Assembly (NCBI GenBank): GCA_963771175.1
Contig: CAVYSY010000024.1
Coordinates: forward strand, 160,001 to 224,000
Direction of reading: 5' to 3'
DNA from: an uncultured delta proteobacterium
GTDB lineage: Bacteria; Myxococcota; Myxococcia; Myxococcales; Myxococcaceae
DNA length: 64,000 nt
Part shown: one piece after another, positions 1 to 8,728 of the stretch
Layout of the letters: the number at the start of each line of letters is the position of its first letter
How positions within the stretch are numbered: position 1 is the first letter of the stretch
The notes under the pieces: model-generated
Databases searched by the model: none
Told to the model about the DNA's origin: nothing
What the model saw: only the letters and a program-made list of their open reading frames with translations
Translations under genes and position numbers: made by a program

Positions 1-209
1 TGGTGAGCCACGACCTGGAAGTAGCCGCTGAGTTCTCCGATCAGATCCTCTTCGTGGACAAGGACGCCCCGGCCATCGTGCTGGGGGACGCGAAGACGGT
101 CTTCTGCCACCCTGCCTTCCGACACAAGTACGGCGATGACTACTGCCCTGTCCACCCTCGCGCCCATCCTCCCCAACCAGGAAATCCGATTGGACCCGCT
201 GCCGATTGA
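1..209 (+). CDS. Metal (Zn/Mn-type) ABC transporter ATP-binding subunit, 3' end only
   Basis: VSHDL H-loop followed by 'FSDQILFVD'; His/Cys-rich tail (CHPAFRH...CPVHPRAH); directly upstream of an ABC-3-type permease. Confidence 0.8.
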   Translation, partial: VSHDLEVAAEFSDQILFVDKDAPAIVLGDAKTVFCHPAFRHKYGDDYCPVHPRAHPPQPGNPIGPAAD

Positions 210-1068
210 AACCTCCTCCTGGTCACAGTTCTGGGACGCCTACGAGCTGTTCCGGGACCCGATGCTGTGCGCCCTCATCGCCGGGTGCGTGCTGGGCTTC
301 CTCAGCATGTACGTGGTGCTGCGGCGCATGGTGTTCGTCAGCGCCGCGGTGACGCAGTCGGCCGGCCTGGGCGTGGCACTGGCCTTCTTCGCGCAGATCC
401 ACCTGGGCTTCCACGTGGAGCCCACGCTGGGCGCCGCGGGCATGGCGCTGCTGGCCACGGTGCTGCTGATGATGGACCCGTCGAGGATGCGACTCACCCG
501 CGAGAGCCTGCTGGGTCTCGCCTACGCCCTCACGGGCGGCGCGGCCATCCTGGTGGGAGACCGCATCTCGCAGGAGGCCCATGACATCCAGGGCATCCTC
601 TTCGGCACGGCGGTGCTGGTGGAGCGGCCCCAGCTCATCGCGGTGGCGGTGGTGGGAGGCGCCACCCTCTTCATCCACCTGTGGTGGTTCCGCGGCCTCA
701 CCTTCGCCAGCTTCGATCGCATTGGAGCCATGGTGCAGGGGCTGCCGGTGCGGCTGCTCGACGCGGTGGTGATGATCTCCATCGGCCTGATGGTGGGCGT
801 GTCGGCGCGAGCCCTGGGCGCGCTGCCGGTGTTCGCCTTCTCCACCCTGTCGGCCATCGCCGCGCTGATGCTGGACCTGCGGCTGCCGTGGACCTTCCTG
901 CTGGCCACCCTGGTCGGAGCCATCTCGGGGCTGGGCGGCTACCTGTTCGCCTACTTCTACAACTTCCCCGTGGGCGGCTCACAGACGGTGCTCGCCAGCG
1001 TGCTGGTGCTGCTGGCGCTGCTCGTGAGGACCGTGCGGCAGCTCGTCACCCACGGAACAGCGCGCTGA
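190..1068 (+). CDS. Metal ABC transporter permease (ZnuB/MntB, ABC-3 family)
   Basis: Many TM helices; 'GFLSMYVVLRRMVFVSAAVTQSAGLGVA' and 'ILFGT' match the ABC-3 pattern. ORF track starts at 136; in-frame TTG at 190 with AGGA upstream is the more likely start. Confidence 0.85.
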   Translation: MDPLPIETSSWSQFWDAYELFRDPMLCALIAGCVLGFLSMYVVLRRMVFVSAAVTQSAGLGVALAFFAQIHLGFHVEPTLGAAGMALLATVLLMMDPSRMRLTRESLLGLAYALTGGAAILVGDRISQEAHDIQGILFGTAVLVERPQLIAVAVVGGATLFIHLWWFRGLTFASFDRIGAMVQGLPVRLLDAVVMISIGLMVGVSARALGALPVFAFSTLSAIAALMLDLRLPWTFLLATLVGAISGLGGYLFAYFYNFPVGGSQTVLASVLVLLALLVRTVRQLVTHGTAR

Positions 1069-1083
1069 TTCACCCCGGAACCT

Positions 1084-1632
1084 CTAACGGACCGCGGCGG
1101 AGACCTTCTTGAACTCGGGTGTGCCCGCGCACCCGAGCAGGTCGAAGAGCGCGGCCTCCACGGTGACGATGTGCGCGCCCGCCTCGCGGCACATCTCCAG
1201 GCCCACGCGGCGATCCTCGGGGTTGCGCGACATCACCGCGTCCGCGCAGAGGAACGGGGTGAAGCCCTTCTCGACCAGGTCGCGCACCGTCTGGAAGACA
1301 CAGACGTGCGTCTCCATGCCGATGAGGATGACCTGCTTGCGGTTGCCGAGCCGCGTGGCCACGTCCGGCACGCAGGCGCTGAACTCGAGCTTCTCCACGG
1401 CGGAGTAGTTGCCCAGCCGCATCTTCACCAGCGAGTGCGTGGGCCCCAGGCCCTTGGGGTACTGCTCGGTGACGAGCACGGGCAGCTCGAGCGCCTTCGC
1501 GCCCTCGATGGCGGCGTTGGTGCGGTTGAGCACCCGGTCGAGCGCGTCCCGCTCCATGGCGGCGCACAGGCGCTCCTGGATGTCCACGACGAGCAGCGAG
1601 GCCTGGTCTCTCTTGAGTCGGAAGGTGGGCAT
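1084..1632 (-). CDS. Isochorismatase-family cysteine hydrolase
   Basis: LLVVDIQERL, VTEQYPKGLGPT, K..FSA, GMETHVCVFQT motifs; GGAGGA RBS before ATG 1632. Confidence 0.9.
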   Translation of the reverse strand: MPTFRLKRDQASLLVVDIQERLCAAMERDALDRVLNRTNAAIEGAKALELPVLVTEQYPKGLGPTHSLVKMRLGNYSAVEKLEFSACVPDVATRLGNRKQVILIGMETHVCVFQTVRDLVEKGFTPFLCADAVMSRNPEDRRVGLEMCREAGAHIVTVEAALFDLLGCAGTPEFKKVSAAVR

Positions 1633-1763
1633 GGAGGCCATTCCTCCGAAGCGGCGCCCGCTCGTCAAGCACTCCGCACTCGGAGTACGCGAGCTGCCGG
1701 GATGTGGACGCACCGAACGGCGGGAGATTGACGCATTCCCGCCCCCCATCGAAGCTCGGCGAC

Positions 1764-2165
1764 ATGAAGGGACACGCCCGCAACCTGATGACCGCTCCCG
1801 TGAAGTCCGTTTCCCCGGAGACCTCGCTCCGGGAAATCGCCCAACTGCTGGCCGAGGAGCGCATCGGTGGCGTACCGGTGACGGACGCCGAGGAGCGCGT
1901 GCTGGGCTTCGTGAGCGAGGCCGACATCATGAACGCACTGCTCGCGGGCCGCTCGCTGCGCACCCTGGCGGAAGAGGTGATGTCCTCGCCCGTGCACACG
2001 GTGGACGAGTTCGACCTCTCCGACGAGGTGATGGAGCTCTTCCGCAAGCACCGCATCCACCACCTGCCCGTGGTGCGCGAGAAGAAGCTGCTGGGCATCA
2101 TCACGCCCTCGGACGTCATCCGCTTCCTGGCGAGCACCCTCCCGGACGGCCCTCGGGCGGGCTGA
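1764..2165 (+). CDS. CBS-domain pair protein
   Basis: Two CBS repeats (IGGVPVTD..VLGFVSEADI; IHHLPVV..LLGIITPSDV). Confidence 0.9.
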   Translation: MKGHARNLMTAPVKSVSPETSLREIAQLLAEERIGGVPVTDAEERVLGFVSEADIMNALLAGRSLRTLAEEVMSSPVHTVDEFDLSDEVMELFRKHRIHHLPVVREKKLLGIITPSDVIRFLASTLPDGPRAG

Positions 2166-2208
2166 CGGAGGAAGACACCCGGGGCCGCGTGAGGTATGCG
2201 GGAGCGCG

Positions 2209-3087
2209 ATGAGCGACTCCCTGCACCTGGATGACTGGGGCGGTACCGGCCCGGTCCTGCACCTCGCGCACGCCAATGGCTTCCCGCCGGCCACCTACCG
2301 CAGGCTCATCGAGGTCCTGAAGTCGCGCCACCACGTCTTCACCCTCCGGAGCCGCTGCCTCGTGCCGGGGACGGACCCCCGGACGATGCGCGACTGGGAT
2401 GACATGGCCGATGACCTGGCCCAGGCGCTGCGAGCGCGCGGGCTGGAGAACGTGGTGGGAGTGGGCCACAGCATGGGCGGCGTGGCCACCCTGCTCGCCT
2501 CGGTGAAGAACCCGGGGCTCTTCCGGGCCGTGGTGATGTTGGACCCGGTGCTGTTCACGGGCACGCGCGCCCTGGCCATTCAGGCGATGAGCCTGCTCGG
2601 CCTGCGGAGCCGGATTCCCCCCGCGAGCCTCGCCCGGCGCCGCCGCGAGCACTGGAACTCCCGCGAGGAGGCCGCCGCGAGCTACCGCAAGAAGGCCCTC
2701 TTCCGGCACTTCGACGCCGAGTGCTTCCAGGACTACATCACCCACGGCCTCACCGAGGCGCCCGGCGGCGGCTTCCGCCTCACCATCCCCACGGCCTGGG
2801 AGGCCCGCATCTTCGAGACGTCCCCGCACGGCGTCTGGCGGCGGATGCGCTCGGTGACGGTGCCGACGCTCGTGCTGCGCGGGGCGGACTCGGACACGCT
2901 CACCCCGGCCGCCCTGGAGCGCGTCCGGCGTACCCTGCCCGGTGTGCGCACCGAGGAAGTCCCCGGCACCCACCTCTTCCCGCTGGAGCAGCCGGAGGAG
3001 TGCGGACGGCGCATCCTCTCGTTCCTCGGCGCGGAGGGAGAGCGGCCCGCGACGTCCGAGCGAGCGCCTACGCGGCACCGGGCCTGA
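2209..3087 (+). CDS. Alpha/beta-fold hydrolase
   Basis: HANGF oxyanion motif, GHSMGG nucleophile elbow, C-terminal 'GTHLFPLEQP' His. Confidence 0.9.
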   Translation: MSDSLHLDDWGGTGPVLHLAHANGFPPATYRRLIEVLKSRHHVFTLRSRCLVPGTDPRTMRDWDDMADDLAQALRARGLENVVGVGHSMGGVATLLASVKNPGLFRAVVMLDPVLFTGTRALAIQAMSLLGLRSRIPPASLARRRREHWNSREEAAASYRKKALFRHFDAECFQDYITHGLTEAPGGGFRLTIPTAWEARIFETSPHGVWRRMRSVTVPTLVLRGADSDTLTPAALERVRRTLPGVRTEEVPGTHLFPLEQPEECGRRILSFLGAEGERPATSERAPTRHRA

Positions 3088-3099
3088 GCGCGCGGGTGC

Positions 3100-4831
3100 T
3101 CAGCACGAGGCGTTCTCCACGGCCCGCAGGGGAATGACGTTGGCGGGCATCACGCCCCCCACTTCGAGCCGCCCATGGCTCACGAGGAAGGTGCGGGCGC
3201 GGCGGCTCTCCGGCAGGTGCGGATCCGCATCGCCCCAGCACTCCAGGAAGGAGGCGAAGGCATGGGCCGCCTCGGTGAAGGACTCCCGGGCGACGTGGAC
3301 CTCGGCCAGGAGGAACCAGGCATGGCCGCTGCCGGGCCGCTCCTTCACGAGGGCCTCGACCAGTTCCACCGCCTTGTCCTCCCGACCGAAGCGGATCCGC
3401 GCAGCGGGCCAGCGTCTCACGGGCCGAGCGGGAGAAGGCCGGGGGACCCACCGCCCGCAGCCGGCGCTCCAACCGCATGGCCTTGATGAGCGTGGCCTCG
3501 GCGCGAGCGTACTCCCCCTGACGCGACTCCAGCGAGCCCCGCAGCTCGCATGCCGCCAACTCCACCACCCGGGCGACATCTCGCGGGCAGAGCGCGCGGC
3601 CCTCGCCCTTGCGCTCGTCGGCCAGCGGCGGGTGCAGCGCCTCGAGCTCCTCGCACGTCCGCTCCGCCTCCACGAGCTTGCCGGCCTCCAGCGCACGCAA
3701 CCCCCGGGCGTACACCTCCATGGCCGAGAGCAGCGCGCGCTCGGACAGACTCGCCTCCGGGCCCAGCTCCACGCGGAGGTCCACCGCCGCGCGCGAGAAG
3801 CCGAAGCGCAGGTGCAGATTCGAGAGCGCACCGGCCGCGAACACGAGCGCCTGTCCCGAGTGCGGCTTCACCGCCTCCACGCGGGTCCGCAGGCGCCGCG
3901 CCCAGGCCTGGGCCTCGCCATACCGTCCCGCGTCGGCGCATGCGACCGTGAGCAGGCGCAGCGCGAGGCCCGCCACGGGCGCGGCGGACTCGGGCAGGGA
4001 CTCCTGGGAGAGCCAGGCGTCGTCCACGGCCACCGCCGCCTCCAGCACCTCGCACGCCTCGCGGGTGTGGCCGGTGCGCAGCAGCAGCCGGCCGGAGCCG
4101 AGCAGGGCCGTCCCGGCGCGAGGCGCCAGCAGCCGCAGGCGACGTGCGCTCTCCAGTGCCACCTCGGGGCGCCCGCTGCCCACCATCACCTGCACCCAGG
4201 CATGGTGGACGCCCTCGTGGTGCGGGTGCGTGCGCAGCAGGTCGCGCAGCAGCGCCTGCGCATAGGGCTGGCTCATGGTGGGGCGCCCATCCGGCTCGTA
4301 CCCCTCCGAGAGGAAACCCGCGAGCAGCAGGCGCGCCTCGGCGTCCTCGGGGAAGCGGTCGATGAGCGCCTCCATCTCACGCATGAAACCGTGGCGACCG
4401 TTGGCCGGGCCCTTGTCGGCCAGGAAGGTGGCCGCGACGATGTAGCGCTGCTCGGCATCCGTCACGCCCTCGCTGAGCGCGAGCGCCCGGTGGATGGTCT
4501 CCGCCCGAGCCGTCGCGTAGCGCGCCCCGGCCCCCCGCGTCAGGGCCAGGCCCCAGTACGCCATGGCGAGCCCCGGATCCAACCGCGCCGCCTCCGCGAA
4601 GGAGCGCCGCGCCTCGGGTCCCCACCCGAGGTGCAGCAGACGCAGCCCCTGGTCGAAGTACGCCTGGGCCAGGGGCACCTGGGTGCTCACCCGCAGGTGC
4701 GCGCGTCCCAGCCCCTCGCGCAGCGGAGGCGTGGGCAGCTCCGCGTCCGGGACGTCGTCCCAGGGACCGGCGGGGAAGAGGGAGGGCTCCTCGGCTCGAA
4801 GGTGTCGCACCAGCATGGTGACCTCACTCAC
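3100..4831 (-). CDS. Tetratricopeptide-repeat protein (one frameshift near 3400)
   Basis: 'AQAYFDQGLRLLH..EARRSFAEAARLDPGLAMAYWGLA' and further TPR-like helices; C-terminal TPRs continue in the 3100..3831 frame. Confidence 0.75.
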
Positions 4832-5442
4832 GCCCCGACGAGCGGGGCAAACGCTTCATCCACAACGGGCTGCTCCAGCGCGGCCACACGCTCGGCCAGC
4901 CGCCTCCACTCCGCCGCCAACAGCTCCACGGGGACCGGCGAGGCCTTGCGTCGTGCCGCGAGGCACTCGTGCCGCCAGCCGGAGCCCGTCGACTCCACGA
5001 CCCACTCCTCGTACCCGGCCAACCAGCCGGCCAGCGCCACCACCGCGACGCGCGCGGCCTGGTGCTCGCACGGGGTGGCCGGCTCGCGCAGGGCACCGCC
5101 GAGCCCCGACGCATGGAAGACGGGCCACGCCACCCGGGCCTCGTCCACCAGGGCCGGGGTGAAGCCGTCACGCGGGACGTAGACGGCCTCGCCGCACACT
5201 CGGCACAGCGCCCCGAACCCCCACAGCGTGAAGGCCCCTCCCCCGGGCAGCACGCCCGAGTAGGCGCTGGTGCCCTGCTGTCCCGCGGGAATCCGCTCGC
5301 GGGAGAGACCACGGCGCAGCAGCAGGTTGCCCTCGTGGGAGACATCGCGACCGATGCACCACATGGACACATCGAACAGCCGCTCGCCCTCGCGTCGCAT
5401 GTCCAGCGGGAGGGCCTGGGGAAGGGAGGAGCCCATCACCAT
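4828..5442 (-). CDS. Hypothetical protein
   Basis: AGGAG RBS before ATG 5442; protein-like composition (MWCIGRDV..GNLL, LWGFG); stop overlaps the TPR gene start (GTGA). Confidence 0.65.
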   Translation of the reverse strand: MVMGSSLPQALPLDMRREGERLFDVSMWCIGRDVSHEGNLLLRRGLSRERIPAGQQGTSAYSGVLPGGGAFTLWGFGALCRVCGEAVYVPRDGFTPALVDEARVAWPVFHASGLGGALREPATPCEHQAARVAVVALAGWLAGYEEWVVESTGSGWRHECLAARRKASPVPVELLAAEWRRLAERVAALEQPVVDEAFAPLVGA

Positions 5443-5477
5443 CGTCGTCTCCTGTTCTTTGAATCGGGTGGGGACAG

Positions 5478-5511
5478 CGGAGCGGGGGGCGGCCAGCACT
5501 CCCCCGCTCCG
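5478..5511 (-). other. Strong intergenic stem-loop (no U-tract)
   Basis: CGGAGCGGGGG (5478-5488) pairs with CCCCCGCTCCG (5501-5511), just downstream of the lipoprotein stop. Confidence 0.5.
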
Positions 5512-5531
5512 AGTCCGTTGAGCAGGGACGC

Positions 5532-6014
5532 TCAGTCCGCGTGCGCTTCGTCGTGCGCCATCTCCTCGATGACGAGCGAGACGCTGGCCTGCGAGGTGGG
5601 GCCGAAGGTCAGGGTGTACGTGCCCACCTGCAGCGGCACCACGTGGCGGCCCTTGACCTCACTGCACTCCTCCGAGCGCGTCGCGGTCTCCTCGAACGTC
5701 ACCTCCGCACCGGCGGAGCTGGCGACCTTCACGGGCACGTCCGCGCCAAGGAAGAGGACGTAGTCGGTGGCCTCGGACACGGCGAACGACACCGAGCCGA
5801 CATTGCCCCCGGTGCCCGCCGGCAGCGTGATGTCGTAGCGCTTGTGGTCGTTGCTCACGGCGGGCGCGCCGCTCGTCGAGGCCGTCGCGGTCACGGCGGC
5901 GCCGGGGCCCTCCTGGAGGTGCTCGCAACCCTCGACATCGGCAACGTTGGTATCGCCGCAGGCAATGAGCAGCGCGCTCGACAGCAGGCAGGCGGACAGC
6001 AGCTTCTTGGTCAT
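5532..6014 (-). CDS. Lipoprotein of unknown function, possibly metal-binding
   Basis: MTKKLLSACLLSSALLIAC lipobox; GGAG RBS; CEH motif, NDH, second Cys, His-acidic tail EEMAHDEAHAD. Confidence 0.8.
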   Translation of the reverse strand: MTKKLLSACLLSSALLIACGDTNVADVEGCEHLQEGPGAAVTATASTSGAPAVSNDHKRYDITLPAGTGGNVGSVSFAVSEATDYVLFLGADVPVKVASSAGAEVTFEETATRSEECSEVKGRHVVPLQVGTYTLTFGPTSQASVSLVIEEMAHDEAHAD

Positions 6015-6319
6015 GGCGTGTGACTCCAGATGTGGACAACAGGGTGGTGCTGCGAAGCCCTCGCGCTCCCGTCCCGAGAACGGACAAGGACGCCGGAGCG
6101 AGAGGGAAGGTGTGCGCGGGCGCACGGCGGGAGGGTATCGCGCTCGCGCACCGGGGCCCGGGAATCGGAGCTCCGGGTGCGTGCACGGCCGCGGACCAGG
6201 CACCTCACGTGAGGCGCGGGGACACGTCCGGATGCACGGAGGGAGTCTCCGCGGCCTGAGTGCGCCAGGGCGATGCGTGGAAGGTGCAGGAGCTCTGGCC
6301 CGACCCTCCCGGGTCCCGA

Positions 6320-6731
6320 TCAGGCCCGCGGCGGTGAGGACTTGGGTGCCATGTGGAGCCACGCCACCGGAGGCTCCCAGGCCTCGCTGTCGGCCTCCAG
6401 CACGGACCCCGACGGGACCGGTGCTTCCAGCGACAGCATCACTCCGACGGGCGGCGGCGCCACCCGGCGGAGGAAGACGTGCGCGCAGTGCGCATCCGCG
6501 CCGTGCGGCACGGAAGCCATGGCATCCGCGCGCGTGAGGCGCTCGTCCGAGAAGGACGCACGCCACCTGCACCGGCGCGTCACCCGGCCCGACCTCGGCC
6601 TCGTGCAGCAGGTCGCCGTGCTCGACGCACGTGCCGTGCCGCACGAGGAAGAAGTGCGCCGCGCTTCCCAGGTACGCCAGCGCGCAGAGCAGCACCAGCG
6701 GCAGCGCCAGCAGGCGGGACCGTCGGGGCAT
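6320..6731 (-). CDS. Small His/Cys-rich membrane-anchored protein ending APKSSPPRA (DUF2946-like leader candidate; apparent frameshift near 6560)
   Basis: N-terminal hydrophobic helix plus H-x5-H-x2-C-x2-HG-x3-H in one frame; HGADAHCAH and LHMAPKSSPPRA* in the 6320..6583 frame. Confidence 0.6.
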
Positions 6732-6762
6732 CACTGACTCTGGGCGGCTCTGGCGGCTCACG

Positions 6763-6777
6763 GGAAACACGGTTTCA
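6763..6777. promoter_or_regulatory. Palindromic operator candidate (Fur/Zur-like geometry)
   Basis: GAAAC-ACG-GTTTC perfect 5-3-5 palindrome, between the predicted promoter and ATG 6731. Confidence 0.4.
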
Positions 6778-6801
6778 ACGAAAATACAGGTATGCCCCTG
6801 C

Positions 6802-6830
6802 GTTGTACGCGAGGGCGCCCGCACGCGCAA
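6802..6830 (-). promoter_or_regulatory. Sigma70-type promoter for the 6731-3100 operon
   Basis: Minus strand TTGCGC-17 bp-TACAAC. Confidence 0.45.
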
Positions 6831-6869
6831 GCAGTAGTGACACGCGGAAGCACCTGCAATCGAGTTACA

Positions 6870-8541
6870 TCAGACCGCGTACCCCATGGCGCCCGCCTTC
6901 ACCGGCGCCTCGGGGTCGAGCATCACGTTGACGCAGGCCACGGTGCCGCTGGCCACCGCGCGCTCGAGCGCCGGGACGAATCTGCGCGGGCTCGGTGACG
7001 AGCTCGCCGTGGCCGCCCAGGGCCTCGACCACCTTGTCGTAGCGGGTGGGCGCGAGCAGCGTGCGCCGGGCGACTTGTCCTCGCCGAACATGCTGCACCT
7101 GCGGAAGGCGGATCTGCCCCCAGGCGGCGTCGTTGCCCACCACGCACACCATGGGCAGCTTGAAGCGCAGCGCCGTCTCGAAGTCCATGCCGTTGAGGCC
7201 GAACGAGCCGTCGCCCTGGATGATCCAGATGCGTGCGCTCGGGGTGCAGCACCTTCGAGGCGATGGCGAACGGCGCGCCCACGCCCAGGCACCCGAGCGG
7301 CCCCGGATCGAGCCAGCGGCCCGGCTTGCGCAGCTCGATCACCTTGGCCGCCATGGCCACCCAGTTGCCGCCGTCCGCGATGAACACCGGATCCTGCCCC
7401 GCCGCGTTGGCCACGTCCGACATCTCCTTGGCCAGCCGGTAGTGGTGGATGGGCACGCTGTCGTCCTCGTCCACTGCCTCGAGGTCGCTTGCAGCTTCTT
7501 CTGCTCGCGGCCGCGCAGCTGCGCGAGGAACGCGTCCCGCTTCGCCCGGGGCGCCGCGTCCGCGAAGGCGGTCGAGCGCGCTGTAGCTGTCGCGCGATGA
7601 TGCCCACGTCCACCGCGCGGTTGCGCCCGATCTCGGTCGGGTCGATGTCCACCTGGACGATCTTCGACTCGGCGCTGAAGGTGGGCTCGGCGCCGTAGTT
7701 GAGCCGGAAGTCGAACGGGCGTGCCGATGACGAACACCACGTCCGCGCCGCTGAGCGCCTCCTTGCGCGTGTGCTGGAAGAAGAGCGGGTGGCTCGCCGG
7801 CAGGCAGCCGCGGCCCGCGCCGTTGAGGTACACGGGCATCTGCGCCGTCTCGCAGAAGCGCCGCAGCGCGTCCCACGGCCCCGTCCCAGTACACCGACGA
7901 GCCGGCGATGACGGCGGGGCGCTCGGCGGACTTGAGCAGCGCCATGCGCCTCGTCCACCTTGCGCGGATCCGGCGCCTGCGCGCGCGTCCGTGCGGTAGC
8001 TCGCGGGCAGCTGCAGCGCCGGCCTCGTCCGCGCGCGTTGCAGAGCACGTCCCAGGCCAGCTCCAGGAACACCGGCCCCGGCCGCCCGGAGAGCGCCACC
8101 CGGAAGGCCTTGGCCAGGTAGGCGGGCACCAGCTCCGGCGTGGGGACGCGGTCCGACCACTTGGTGATGCGGTGGAAGAGGTCCACCTGCTCCATCTCCT
8201 GCAGCGAGCCGCGGCTCTGGTTGAAGATGGGCGCCGCGCCGCCCAGGAGGATCATCGGCGAGCTGGCCGCGTAGGCGTTGGCCACGCCGGTGAGCGCGTC
8301 GGTCACGCCCGGGCCCGGCCGTCACCACCGCCACGCCCACCCCGCGCGTCACCCGGGCGTAGGCGTCCGCCGCGTGCGCGGCCGCCTGCTCGTGGCGCGT
8401 GTCGATGACCTGGATGCCCTCCTCCACGCAGCCCGCGTAGATGGGGGCCACGTGCAGGCCCGAGAGGGTGAAGATGTGCCGGACGCCCTCCTTCTTGAGC
8501 ATCCGCGCGACGAGCTGCCCGCCGGTGACCATGTCGCCCAT
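6870..8541 (-). CDS. Thiamine pyrophosphate-dependent enzyme (acetolactate synthase / 2-hydroxyacyl-CoA lyase-like); multiple frameshifts
   Basis: TGGQLVARML, RHEQAAAHAADAYAR, VTAGPG, LQEMEQ, GRPGPV, PGPLGCLGVG, GDGSF...VGNDAAWG motifs spread across frames. Confidence 0.85.
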
Positions 8542-8728
8542 GACGTGCTGCCTCCTTATGAGGGGAACCTCGAAAGTCCGGTCATCATCGCCGAATCAGG
8601 CCGCCCGGGTAGCCCCTGAGCGCCCGGCCGCTCCCAGGACCGGCGTTGCAACCCCCTTCCTGGCATGTCGAAGACACTCCCCGGACGCCATCGGCCGGAG
8701 TAGGAAGGGCCGAGAGAGAAGGATCCCC

